26,889 nt of DNA from a virus (lineage: Duplodnaviria > Heunggongvirae > Uroviricota > Caudoviricetes), in the IMG/VR virus record IMGVR_UViG_2537562020_000004; one strand, written 5' to 3'. Both the position numbers and the translations under genes were made by a program. Under the pieces are notes generated by a model, which saw only the letters and a program-made list of their open reading frames with translations, did not search any database and was not told where the DNA came from. The first letter of the stretch is position 1, and each line of letters starts with the position of its first letter. Shown in pieces: positions 15,924 through 24,739 of the stretch.

Positions 15924-16778
15924 ATGGCAAAAAAAGTCTCAAAATTCTTTCGCATCGGCGTCGAGGGGGACACCTGCGACGGCCGCATTATCAGCGGCAA
16001 CGATATTCAGGAAATGGCCGAATCGTTTGACCCTCGCGTCTACGGTTGCCGCATTAACCTTGAGCATATTCGCGGTCTCTTTCCTGATGGCGACTTCAAA
16101 CGCTTAGGCGATGTGGTTGAACTGAAAGCTGAAATAATTGACGACGATTCTGCGCTTAACGGCAAATGGGCGTTGTTCGCCAGAATCACCCCAACCGACG
16201 ACCTGATTGCGATGAATAAAAAATTGCAGAAGGTCTACACCTCAATGGAAATTCAGCCGAATTTTGCCAATACCGGCAAATGCTACCTCGTCGGCCTTGC
16301 TGTCACCGATGACCCGGCGAGCCTCGGCACTGAATACCTCGAATTCTGCCGCAACGCGAAGCACAACCCGCTGCAGCGCTTTAAGACCAACCCTGAAAAC
16401 GTCTTTTCCGCTGCCACTCTGGCCGAGCTGGAGTTTGAAGACGTTCCCGACACGGTGCTCAACAGCCTGGCCGATAAGGTGAAAGCCATTTTCAGCCGTA
16501 AGCAGGTCAGCGACGATGCGCGCCTGAATGATGTGCATGAAGCGGTGACCACCGTCAGCGAACATGTGCAAACCAACCTGACAAAACAGGACGAGCGCCT
16601 TTCCGCTATGGAAACCGCGTTTGCCACTTTCAAACAGGAACTGACCGGCAAGGTTGAAGAAACCAGCCAGGCATTTTCCGACCTGAAAACCACCCTCGAT
16701 AAAACCGAAAGTTTCAGCCAGCCGCGACGCACGAAAGCCAGCGGCGGTGGTGGCGATGAGCTGCTGACCGACTGCTGA
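15924..16778 (+). CDS. O: Capsid scaffolding protein (gpO)
   Basis: 284 aa, identical in length to P2 gpO. N-terminus is MAKKVSKFFRIGVEGDTCDGR. Confidence 0.9.
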   Translation: MAKKVSKFFRIGVEGDTCDGRIISGNDIQEMAESFDPRVYGCRINLEHIRGLFPDGDFKRLGDVVELKAEIIDDDSALNGKWALFARITPTDDLIAMNKKLQKVYTSMEIQPNFANTGKCYLVGLAVTDDPASLGTEYLEFCRNAKHNPLQRFKTNPENVFSAATLAELEFEDVPDTVLNSLADKVKAIFSRKQVSDDARLNDVHEAVTTVSEHVQTNLTKQDERLSAMETAFATFKQELTGKVEETSQAFSDLKTTLDKTESFSQPRRTKASGGGGDELLTDC

Positions 16779-16854
16779 TAAACCGCAGACCAGAAACCGG
16801 GCGGCATCCCCGCCCGATGCAGTGACTAACCGATAAATTCAAACAGGAAATACT

Positions 16855-17922
16855 ATGCGCCCGGATACCCGTTTTAAGTTCAATGCCTATCTGACCCGCG
16901 TCGCTGAGCTAAACGGCATCAGCACTGATGACGTCAGTAAAAAATTCACCGTCGAGCCGTCCGTCACGCAAACACTGATGAACAAAGTGCAGGAGTCATC
17001 CGCGTTTCTGCAGACGATTAATATTCTGCCGGTCGCAGAAATGAAGGGTGAGAAAATCGGCGTCGGTGTGACCGGTACTATCGCCAGCACGACCGACACC
17101 TCGGGCGATGATGAGCGTAAGACCGCCGACTTCACCGCGCTTGAGTCCAACAAGTACGAGTGCGACCAAATTAATTTTGACTTCCATCTGAAATATAAAA
17201 CCCTCGACCTGTGGGCGCGTTTTCAGGACTTCCAGCGCCGCATCCGCGACGCCATTGTCAAACGTCAGGCACTGGATTTCATCATGGCCGGTTTTAACGG
17301 TACCACCCGCGCCGCCACCTCTGACCGCACCAAAAATCCGATGCTGCAGGATGTGGCCGTCGGCTGGCTGCAGAAATACCGCAATGAAGCCCCGACGCGC
17401 GTGATGAGCAACATCACCGACGCTGACGGTAAGGTCGTTTCAGCAGTGATTCGTGTAGGTCGAAACGGCGACTATGAGAACCTCGACGCGCTGGTGATGG
17501 ACGCCACCAACAACCTGATTGACGAGGTTTATCAGGATGACCCGAAACTCGTTGCCATCGTTGGCCGTAAGCTGCTGGCCGACAAATATTTCCCGCTGGT
17601 GAACAAGCCGCAGGAAAACAGCGAGGCGCTTGCGGCAGATATCATCATCAGCCAGAAGCGAATCGGCAACCTGCCTGCTGTGCGTGTGCCGTACTTCCCG
17701 GCGAATGCCGTGTTAGTGACCACGCTGGAAAACCTATCTATCTATTTCATGGATGAGAGTCACCGCCGCAGCATTGATGAAAACCCGAAAAAAGACCGCG
17801 TTGAAAACTACGAGTCGATGAATATCGACTATGTGGTCGAGGCGTATGCCGCCGGGTGCCTGCTGGAAAACATCACCCTGGGCGATTTCACCGCACCTGC
17901 AGCACCGGAAAGCGGAGCCTAA
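16855..17922 (+). CDS. N: Major capsid protein (gpN)
   Basis: 355 aa (P2 gpN 357). The position follows O, with SD AGGAAA upstream. Confidence 0.9.
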   Translation: MRPDTRFKFNAYLTRVAELNGISTDDVSKKFTVEPSVTQTLMNKVQESSAFLQTINILPVAEMKGEKIGVGVTGTIASTTDTSGDDERKTADFTALESNKYECDQINFDFHLKYKTLDLWARFQDFQRRIRDAIVKRQALDFIMAGFNGTTRAATSDRTKNPMLQDVAVGWLQKYRNEAPTRVMSNITDADGKVVSAVIRVGRNGDYENLDALVMDATNNLIDEVYQDDPKLVAIVGRKLLADKYFPLVNKPQENSEALAADIIISQKRIGNLPAVRVPYFPANAVLVTTLENLSIYFMDESHRRSIDENPKKDRVENYESMNIDYVVEAYAAGCLLENITLGDFTAPAAPESGA

Positions 17923-17925
17923 ACC

Positions 17926-18675
17926 ATGACGAGCCCCGCACAGCGTCACATGATGCGGGTCTCGGCCTCTCAAGCCGCGCAGCGGGAGCAAGCCCCGCTG
18001 CGCCATGCAACCGCCTATGAGCAGATGCTGGTTAAGCTGGCCGATGACCGCCGCACGTTAAAAAACATCCGTTCAAACGAACGTAAAGCCGAGAAAAAGC
18101 GCGAGCTGCTGCCGTTCTATGCGCCGTGGGTCGCCGGTGTGCTGGCTGATGGCCGTGGTGCGCAGGATGACATTGTCATGACCGTCATGCTGTGGCGTCT
18201 CGATGCCGGTGATATCGCTGGCGCGCTGGAAATTGCCCCGTACGCGCTGAAATACGGCCTCACCTCTGACCACCGCCGCACAACACCTTACATGCTGGTT
18301 GAGGAAGTGGCGCTTGCTGCGCAGCGCCTGCGCGATGCCGGTGAGTCTGTCGACCTTTCCTGGCTGCAGACCACTATCGACCTGACCGACGGCGCTGACG
18401 TTCCCGATATGGTGCGCGCCCGTCTGCATAAGGTGACAGGCCTGACCCTGCGTGATGCCGGTATGAATGCAGAGGCGCTGGCGCAGTTTCAGCGCGCGAT
18501 GCAGCTCGACCGCAATGCCGGTGTGCGCAAGGAGATTGAGCGACTGGAACGGGCATTGAAGCCAAAGCCAGAGGCCGCGCCCCGTAAAACGACTAAACCG
18601 CGCACGCGCAAACCTGCCAACAAACCGGCGGCAAAGCGCGGGCGTCCACCAAAGGCGGTAAAAACCGCCGGTTAA
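17926..18675 (+). CDS. M: Terminase small/endonuclease subunit (gpM)
   Basis: 249 aa (P2 gpM 247). Basic Pro/Lys-rich C-terminal tail. Confidence 0.88.
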   Translation: MTSPAQRHMMRVSASQAAQREQAPLRHATAYEQMLVKLADDRRTLKNIRSNERKAEKKRELLPFYAPWVAGVLADGRGAQDDIVMTVMLWRLDAGDIAGALEIAPYALKYGLTSDHRRTTPYMLVEEVALAAQRLRDAGESVDLSWLQTTIDLTDGADVPDMVRARLHKVTGLTLRDAGMNAEALAQFQRAMQLDRNAGVRKEIERLERALKPKPEAAPRKTTKPRTRKPANKPAAKRGRPPKAVKTAG

Positions 18676-18768
18676 CTGAACGCTCCCCGAGCCGGGCGGC
18701 ACGCCGGTCAAAGCAGGTTTTAACCCTGACGGCGACCGGCGTCCACCGCCCAACCTAATGAGGTTGTC

Positions 18769-19278
18769 ATGACGACAGTAATACTGAATCAGCCCGACGA
18801 ACCGCAGGACGTACCGGGCGTGGTGATTCCCGCACCGGAGACGGGCGACGCAGTGATTAAAAACACGTTCTTTTTCCCTGATGTGGATCCGAAGCGGGTG
18901 CGCGAACTGATGCGCCTTGAGCAGACGGTTTCCGATGCGCGCCTGCGCAACGCCATCAAGACCGGCATGGCGGAAACCAATGCGGAGCTTTACGACTACC
19001 GGCTGCGCCAGATTGCCGCAGGGTTTAAGACACTGGCCGACGTGCCTGACGCCGAGGAAATCGACGGCGAGAATGTGCGCGTTTTCCACTACCTCAGCGC
19101 CGTGACGGCGATGGCGACCGCCACCCTGTATGAGCGTTATCGCGGGGTTGAGGCCACGGGCAAGGGTGACAAAAAAGCCGACAGCGTCGAAACCACCATT
19201 GATGACCTGTGGCGGGATATGCGCTGGTCGGTCTCGCGTCTGCAGGACAAGCCGCGCTGCATCGTGGGTCAGCTCTGA
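18769..19278 (+). CDS. L: Head completion/stabilisation protein (gpL)
   Basis: 169 aa, the same length as P2 gpL. The position is conserved. Confidence 0.88.
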   Translation: MTTVILNQPDEPQDVPGVVIPAPETGDAVIKNTFFFPDVDPKRVRELMRLEQTVSDARLRNAIKTGMAETNAELYDYRLRQIAAGFKTLADVPDAEEIDGENVRVFHYLSAVTAMATATLYERYRGVEATGKGDKKADSVETTIDDLWRDMRWSVSRLQDKPRCIVGQL

Positions 19279-19481
19279 TGAAAGTCTACGCGATGCAGGG
19301 CGACACCCTCGACGCGCTTTGCGCCCGGTATTACGGGCGCACTGAGGGCGTGGTCGAGACGGTGCTGCAGGCTAATCCCGGTCTGTCTGAGCTGGGCGTC
19401 ATTCTGCCGCATGGCACGGCGATTGACCTGCCCGACGTGGCATCGTCACCCGTAACAGAAACTATCAACCTTTGGGAGTAA
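19278..19481 (+). CDS. X: Tail protein X (gpX, LysM-like)
   Basis: ATG 19278 overlaps the L stop (TGATG). 67 aa, MKVYAMQGDTLDALCARYYGRTEG..., as in P2 gpX. The longer track ORF from 19209 is not needed. Confidence 0.85.
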   Translation: MKVYAMQGDTLDALCARYYGRTEGVVETVLQANPGLSELGVILPHGTAIDLPDVASSPVTETINLWE

Positions 19482-19484
19482 ACC

Positions 19485-19781
19485 ATGACAGAAGGGGAAA
19501 AAGGCGTCCTGTCACTGTTTGTGATTGGCGTGATGATTGTTGTCGGAAAAGTGCTGGCGGGGGGTGAGCCCATTACCCCGCGCCTGTTTATCGGCCGCAT
19601 GCTGCTCGGCGGTTTTGTTTCAATGGTCGCCGGTGTTGTTCTGGTGCAGTTTCCAGATATGTCACTGCCTGCCGTTTGTGGGATTGGATCCATGCTCGGC
19701 ATTGCAGGTTATCAGGTGGTGGAAATCGCCATTCAGCGCCGCTTTAAGTCACAACAGGGGGATAGCGATGCCGATCATTAA
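19485..19781 (+). CDS. Y: Holin (gpY)
   Basis: 98 aa with multiple TM segments. LSLFVIGVMIVVGKVLAGGEPITPRLFIGRMLLGGFVSM is close to P2 gpY. Confidence 0.85.
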   Translation: MTEGEKGVLSLFVIGVMIVVGKVLAGGEPITPRLFIGRMLLGGFVSMVAGVVLVQFPDMSLPAVCGIGSMLGIAGYQVVEIAIQRRFKSQQGDSDADH

Positions 19782-20265
19782 TACTCACCAGAATATCGCC
19801 GCATTTCTGGACATGCTGGCCTATTCCGAAGGGACGGCGACGCATCCGCTGACGAAAAATCGTGGTTACGACGTCATTGTCACTGGCCTTGATGGCAAGC
19901 CGGAAATTTTCACCGACTACACCGACCACCCTTTCGCACATGGCAGACCAGCGAAAGTGTTTAATCGACGCGGCGAAAAATCCACGGCATCAGGGCGTTA
20001 CCAGCAGCTTTATCTCTACTGGCCGCACTATCAGAAACAACTCGCATTGCCTGATTTCAGCCCGTTGTCGCAGGACAAACTTGCGATTCAGTTAATCCGC
20101 GAACGCGGTGCCATTGAGGATATTAAGGCGGGGCGTATTGAGCGGGCAATTTCACGGTGCCGCAATATCTGGGCGTCGTTACCGGGTGCCGGTTACGGCC
20201 AACGTGAGCACAGCCTCGACAAACTGGTCACCGTATGGCGCACCGCTGGCGGGGTAATGGAATGA
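19768..20265 (+). CDS. K: Endolysin (gpK, lambda-R-like lytic transglycosylase family)
   Basis: ATG 19768 gives 165 aa (P2 gpK 165): MPIINTHQNIAAFLDMLAYSEGT... The track N-terminal extension from 19537 overlaps the holin and is unlikely. Confidence 0.88.
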   Translation: MPIINTHQNIAAFLDMLAYSEGTATHPLTKNRGYDVIVTGLDGKPEIFTDYTDHPFAHGRPAKVFNRRGEKSTASGRYQQLYLYWPHYQKQLALPDFSPLSQDKLAIQLIRERGAIEDIKAGRIERAISRCRNIWASLPGAGYGQREHSLDKLVTVWRTAGGVME

Positions 20266-20675
20266 AAATCCTGATTACACTTCTGGTGCTGACTGTGCTC
20301 GGGATGTTGTGGTTGCGCCATGAGAACGGCAATTTATCCCGCTCCTTTGAGACAGCAAACCGCGTCGCGAGCGAACAAAAGACGACGATTGGCATGCTGA
20401 AAAATCAGCTCAGTGTTGCCGGTCAGCTTGCCAGACGTAATGAATCTGCGCAGGTGGCACTGCGTGAACAGCTCGCAAAGGCCAGCGAGGAAGCCAGCCG
20501 CCGCGAGCAATCAATAACGAGGTTACTTAATGAAAATGAAGCCTTTCGCCGCTGGTATAACGCTGCTTTACCTGATGTTGTGCGTCGGTTGCACACCCGA
20601 CCCGCCTGCGCCAGCGCCGGTGATTGTGGTCAGCGGATGCCCGAGGGTGAGCCTTTGCCCGATGCCGGGCAGTGA
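20262..20675 (+). CDS. lysB: Rz-like i-spanin (LysB)
   Basis: ATGA overlap with the K stop. 137 aa with an N-terminal TM (MKILITLLVLTVLGMLWL) and a coiled-coil periplasmic part. Confidence 0.8.
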   Translation: MKILITLLVLTVLGMLWLRHENGNLSRSFETANRVASEQKTTIGMLKNQLSVAGQLARRNESAQVALREQLAKASEEASRREQSITRLLNENEAFRRWYNAALPDVVRRLHTRPACASAGDCGQRMPEGEPLPDAGQ

Positions 20676-20820
20676 CCCGAAAACCAATGGTGACCTGAGC
20701 GCGGATATCCGCCGTCTTGAGGGCGCGCTGACTGCCTGCGCGCTGCAGGTCAAAACCGTCAAACACTGTCAGGATGAACTCGATGCAGAAGCACAAAAGC
20801 CTGCGCAAGGCGCTGATTAA
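20530..20820 (+). CDS. lysC: Rz1-like o-spanin lipoprotein (LysC), overlapping lysB in another frame
   Basis: 96 aa. Signal sequence ending LCVGC|T (lipobox-like) and a Pro-rich mature N-terminus (TPDPPAPAP). The overlapped architecture matches P2 lysB/lysC. Confidence 0.75.
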   Translation: MKMKPFAAGITLLYLMLCVGCTPDPPAPAPVIVVSGCPRVSLCPMPGSDPKTNGDLSADIRRLEGALTACALQVKTVKHCQDELDAEAQKPAQGAD

Positions 20821-21250
20821 CGCTGTACCCCAGCTCAGAAACAACCCCGATATGCTGCGTCTTTTCGCCGACAACGGGCATATCGATTCCCGACTGGCGA
20901 GCTCGCTGTCGTTTGAAAAGGTGTACGTGCTTAACATGGTGGTGACCGACTTTACCGGCGACCTCGATTTGATATTCGTGCCAGTGCAGGCGTGGCTGCG
21001 TGAACATCAGCCGGACATTATGACCACCGACGACGGGCGGGAAAAAGGATTCACCTGGATTATTGATATCAATAACGACGATTCGCTCGATATCAGTATC
21101 AGCCTGAGGCTCACCGAGCGCACGCTCGTCAAAGAGGTCGACGGCGCGCTGCATGTCAGCTATGCCCCAGAGCCGCCGCTGCCTGAGCCGGTGACGCGCC
21201 CGGTCGAGCTGTACGTTAATGGCGAACTGGTGAGTAAGTGGGATGAGTGA
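20783..21250 (+). CDS. R: Tail completion protein R
   Basis: The second ATG (20783) is chosen: MQKHKSLRKAL... aligns with P2 gpR MLKPDSLRRAL. 155 aa. C-terminus is ELYVNGELVSKWDE. Confidence 0.85.
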   Translation: MQKHKSLRKALINAVPQLRNNPDMLRLFADNGHIDSRLASSLSFEKVYVLNMVVTDFTGDLDLIFVPVQAWLREHQPDIMTTDDGREKGFTWIIDINNDDSLDISISLRLTERTLVKEVDGALHVSYAPEPPLPEPVTRPVELYVNGELVSKWDE

Positions 21251-21698
21251 GTTAACCGCGCTACAGGAACGTCTTGCCGGTCTGATTGCCAGCCTGTCAC
21301 CGGCGGCGCGTCGGCAAATGGCGGCTGACATTGCAAAAAAACTGCGCGCCAGTCAGCAACAGCGCATTAAGCGCCAGCAGGCACCTGACGGCACCCCGTA
21401 TGCCGCCAGAAAGCGCCAGCCGGTGCGGAGCAAGAGAGGCCGTATCAGGCGCGAAATGTTCGCCAAACTGCGCAGCACTAACCGCTTTATGAAAGCCAAA
21501 GGCAGCGACAGTGCGGCAGTGGGGGAGTTTACCGACAAGGTACAGCGCATGGCGCGGGTGCATCAGTACGGCCTCAAAGACCGGCCAAACCGCAACAGCC
21601 GGGATGTGCAGTACGAGGCACGCCCGTTGTTCGGTTTCACCCGGGACGATGAACTGCTTGTTGAGAAGCTAATAATCGGAGCTATTAGAAATGGTTAA
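21243..21698 (+). CDS. S: Tail completion protein S (the last ~13 codons lie in AT-rich cargo-derived DNA)
   Basis: 151 aa (P2 gpS 150), overlapping the R stop. Composition drops sharply from ~21655. Confidence 0.85.
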   Translation: MSELTALQERLAGLIASLSPAARRQMAADIAKKLRASQQQRIKRQQAPDGTPYAARKRQPVRSKRGRIRREMFAKLRSTNRFMKAKGSDSAAVGEFTDKVQRMARVHQYGLKDRPNRNSRDVQYEARPLFGFTRDDELLVEKLIIGAIRNG

Positions 21699-21749
21699 TT
21701 AACAAAAGCATGCTAACTCTTGACAATTTGACAACTAGAGTGCACCCTA

Positions 21750-21777
21750 ACGCCAGTCAATAGAGTGCGACTGGCGT
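21750..21777. terminator. Hairpin between convergent S and the cargo gene (no clear T-tract)
   Basis: ACGCCAGTC-N10-GACTGGCGT, a 9-bp perfect stem. Confidence 0.35.
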
Positions 21778-21815
21778 CAAGGAAGATTTTAATCTTTCTT
21801 TAGTGGTTCGATTCC

Positions 21816-22691
21816 CTAGCCTCGTAAATATCGTTTAGTAAATTTCGTGTTTGGTCTGGATGATAGGATTTGTCTTTCTATTTCACTATCACAGTCTATA
21901 TAGTCTAGTGTATTAGCTTCTATAAGTTTGTTCACGTCAATATTTTTTGCATCGATTATGTTGGCATTTCTAAGGTTTGCATTGGTGTATTCCACTTTAT
22001 CCAAATCACACTCTCTGAGTACGCAACTTTTCATTTCCGCATTGGAAAAATCCCCACCATATAAATAGCAGCCTTCAAAAATAACACCGTTTAACTTTGA
22101 ATCCTGAGCTTTAATATTTTTTATTTTACACTTTATAAATTTTACGTTTTTCATTTTGCTCTTGCTAATATTTAATGCCTGGATTGTACATCCAGTGAAA
22201 GAACAGTCTCTTATGTTAGATTTTTCCATATTTAACCCAGATAGTTCTGAGGTTTTAAAGTGTAAGTATTTAATGGTAAAAAGGTCACCCAACTCCATTC
22301 TGGGTATGTCTATATTGAAGACACCTTTATTGTTGAGCTGTCTTATTATTTTTATTTTTTGTATTTTCAAATCAACATTAACGTGCTTAGCTAAGTTTCC
22401 CAAATCCTCAAGAAGTTCATTAATCGTTTCTTTGTTTTGTCTTCTGTATTCAAAGTAATAAAGGATGACACCTAATACAAAAAAATCCAAAATGGATGAA
22501 TTTGCATTTATTAGGAACCCAGACAGGAATGAATCATTGTAATTACCATAGTGTATAGAGGCAAGTGTTACGCCAAATGCATATAAAATAAAAATAATAA
22601 ACACGTGCTTCATTTTGCATAAGGATTGTATTATTGGTTTTATGGCATCAATTTTGTTCATTGCTGCAGCAGCGAAAGATTTAAAAGTCAT
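21816..22691 (-). CDS. Membrane-anchored pentapeptide-repeat protein (cargo at the S-V junction)
   Basis: 291 aa, very AT-rich. Two hydrophobic helices (~res 29-46 and 55-80), a charged linker, then ~20 consecutive pentapeptide repeats (res ~141-250: SNIRD CSFTG CTIQA LNISK ... ANLRN ANIID). Confidence 0.8.
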   Translation of the reverse strand: MTFKSFAAAAMNKIDAIKPIIQSLCKMKHVFIIFILYAFGVTLASIHYGNYNDSFLSGFLINANSSILDFFVLGVILYYFEYRRQNKETINELLEDLGNLAKHVNVDLKIQKIKIIRQLNNKGVFNIDIPRMELGDLFTIKYLHFKTSELSGLNMEKSNIRDCSFTGCTIQALNISKSKMKNVKFIKCKIKNIKAQDSKLNGVIFEGCYLYGGDFSNAEMKSCVLRECDLDKVEYTNANLRNANIIDAKNIDVNKLIEANTLDYIDCDSEIERQILSSRPNTKFTKRYLRG

Positions 22692-22729
22692 TCTATTTTT
22701 AATGCATTCAGATTAAATGGGATTGATGA

Positions 22730-22757
22730 TTTTTACGTGCCCAATGATGCGTGTCAA
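22730..22757 (-). promoter_or_regulatory. Candidate sigma-70 promoter for the pentapeptide-repeat gene
   Basis: The minus strand reads TTGACA (22757-22752), a 16-nt spacer, then TAAAAA(T) (22735-22730). It is ~35 nt upstream of ATG 22691. Confidence 0.4.
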
Positions 22758-22844
22758 TCAGATCTTTGAAAGTGTCTTGCTGTGTGAGCCCCTTTCCAAT
22801 CCCGAAGTTTTGTCTGCAATGAAAAGAAGCGGCATGCTTACATA

Positions 22845-23480
22845 ATGAATACATCAAATATCATTCAAGAGCTTGCCCGTGCAATACGCAACCTCATTCG
22901 CACAGGGGTGGTGACTGAGGTCGATACCGTGCAGGGGCTGTGCCGTGTACAAAGCGGCGGGATCCAGACTACATGGCTGAACTGGCTGACCACCCGAGCC
23001 GGTCGTTCGCGGACGTGGTGGGCTCCCTCGGTCGGTGAGCAGGTTCTGCTGCTGGCAATCGGTGGCGAGCTTGATACCGCTTTCGTGCTGCCGGGTATTT
23101 TCTCCGACGATAACCCCGCCCCGTCTGCCTCGGCGGATGCGTGGCATGTGGCTTTCCCTGATGGTGCGGTCATTGAGTACGAGCCCGAGGCCGGCGCGCT
23201 GACGGCCAGCGGTATCAAAACTGCCGACGTGACGGCATCGGAGTCCATCACTGCAACCGTACCGCTGGTACTGGTGAAAGCCTCGACCAGTATCACCCTC
23301 GACACCCCGGAGGTGATTTGCACCAATAAGCTGACGACAGCGACGCTTGAGGTACAAAAAGGCGGCAAGATGAGCGGCAATATCGAACATACCGGCGGGT
23401 CACTGTCGTCTAATGGCAAGGTACTCCACACCCATAAACACCCAGGCGACAGCGGCGGGCAAACGGGGGCACCGTTATGA
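22845..23480 (+). CDS. V: Baseplate central spike protein V
   Basis: 211 aa, the same length as P2 gpV. The position is conserved. Confidence 0.88.
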   Translation: MNTSNIIQELARAIRNLIRTGVVTEVDTVQGLCRVQSGGIQTTWLNWLTTRAGRSRTWWAPSVGEQVLLLAIGGELDTAFVLPGIFSDDNPAPSASADAWHVAFPDGAVIEYEPEAGALTASGIKTADVTASESITATVPLVLVKASTSITLDTPEVICTNKLTTATLEVQKGGKMSGNIEHTGGSLSSNGKVLHTHKHPGDSGGQTGAPL

Positions 23481-23824
23481 CGGCGCGCTATCAGGGTATG
23501 AACCGAAATACCGGCCTCGGCATCAGCGACACTGAGCACATCAGCCAGAGCATGCGCGACATACTGCTGACGCCGGTCGGCTCGCGGGTGATGCGCCGTG
23601 AATATGGCTCGCTTCTGTCGGCGCTGATTGATATGCCGCAAAACCCGGCGCTCAGGCTGCAAATTATGGTGGCGTGCTATTCGGCTATCCAGAAGTGGGA
23701 GCCGCGCATCAGGCTTACCTCCATCAACTTTGAGACCGGCGACGCTGGCGAAATGTATGTCGATATTACCGGGATGCGTACCGATACCGGTGCGTCAGTT
23801 TCAACCACTGTTTCACTGAGTTAA
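23477..23824 (+). CDS. W: Baseplate wedge protein W (GPW/gp25 family)
   Basis: 115 aa, the same length as P2 gpW, with an ATGA overlap with V. Confidence 0.88.
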   Translation: MTARYQGMNRNTGLGISDTEHISQSMRDILLTPVGSRVMRREYGSLLSALIDMPQNPALRLQIMVACYSAIQKWEPRIRLTSINFETGDAGEMYVDITGMRTDTGASVSTTVSLS

Positions 23825-23830
23825 ATCACT

Positions 23831-24739
23831 ATGGCAACCGTTGACCTGAGTCAGTTACCCGTTCCCGATGTGGTTGAGGAACTGGACTATGAAACTATCC
23901 TTGCGGAACGCATTGCGACGCTGATTTCGCTCTATCCCGAAGACCAGCAGGAGGCCATTGCCCGGACGCTCACACTTGAGTCAGAGCCGATTGTTAAGCT
24001 GCTGCAGGAAAACGCCTACCGTGAAGTTATCTGGCGTCAGCGGGTGAACGAAGCCGCGCAGGCGGTGACGCTGGCCTACTCCGCCGGTAACGACCTCGAC
24101 GTCGTAGCCGGGAACAATAATACCGAACGCCTGACCATCACCCCGGCGGATGATACCACCATCCCGCCGACACCTGCCGTTATGGAATCTGATACCGACC
24201 TGCGACTGCGCACGCAACAGGCGTTTGAGGGATTGAGCGTGGCGGGTCCGGTCGGTGCATATGAGTATCACGGCCGCAGCGCCGACGGGCGGGTCGCTGA
24301 CGTTTCGGTCGCCAGCCCGTCGCCAGCCTGCGTGACGATTACCGTGCTATCGCGTGAGGGGGACGGCACTGCCAGCCCTGAGCTACTGGCGATTGTTGAT
24401 AAAGCGCTGAACGCCGAAGATGTGCGCCCGGTAGCTGACCGGGTGACCGTCCAGTCAGCCGAGATTGTGCCGTACCAGATTGACGCGACGATCTACGTTT
24501 ACCCCGGCCCCGAATCTGAACCCATCAGGCAGGCGTCAGAGCAGAAGTTGCAGAGCTACATCAGCGCGCAGCACCGCCTCGGGCGTGATATCCGTCTGTC
24601 AGCCATTTATGCGGCGCTGCATGTTGAGGGGGTGCAGCGTGTCGAGCTGACATCACCGCAGGCCGACATAGTGCTGAGTAAGTCGCAGGCGTCGAACTGT
24701 ACCGAGTACCAGATAACTATCGGGGGCTCGGATGAATGA
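23831..24739 (+). CDS. J: Baseplate protein J
   Basis: 302 aa, the same length as P2 gpJ. Confidence 0.88.
   Translation: MATVDLSQLPVPDVVEELDYETILAERIATLISLYPEDQQEAIARTLTLESEPIVKLLQENAYREVIWRQRVNEAAQAVTLAYSAGNDLDVVAGNNNTERLTITPADDTTIPPTPAVMESDTDLRLRTQQAFEGLSVAGPVGAYEYHGRSADGRVADVSVASPSPACVTITVLSREGDGTASPELLAIVDKALNAEDVRPVADRVTVQSAEIVPYQIDATIYVYPGPESEPIRQASEQKLQSYISAQHRLGRDIRLSAIYAALHVEGVQRVELTSPQADIVLSKSQASNCTEYQITIGGSDE

Noticed and set aside
18073-19089. 338-aa antisense ORF across M/L. Similar long antisense ORFs occur at 22865-23662, 24747-25403, 25289-25867, 20759-21331, 16283-16807, 14547-15176 and 9611-10192
   Set aside because: These are shadow ORFs on the opposite strand of well-supported GC-rich phage genes. 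They are Arg/Ser/Pro/Cys-rich and low-complexity, have no SD, and have no counterpart in the P2/186 gene order.
20262-20820. Absence of a lysA-like gene between K and lysB as an anomaly
   Set aside because: Lysis-cassette content varies among P2/186-like phages. Holin, endolysin and overlapped spanins are all present, so the cassette looks complete.
22530-22610. Possible degenerate K+-channel selectivity filter (ASIHYGNY versus TVGYGD) between the two TM helices of the pentapeptide-repeat protein
   Set aside because: The resemblance is weak. The key Gly is replaced by His, and there is no convincing outer TM helix before it. This is not enough to call an ion-channel domain.
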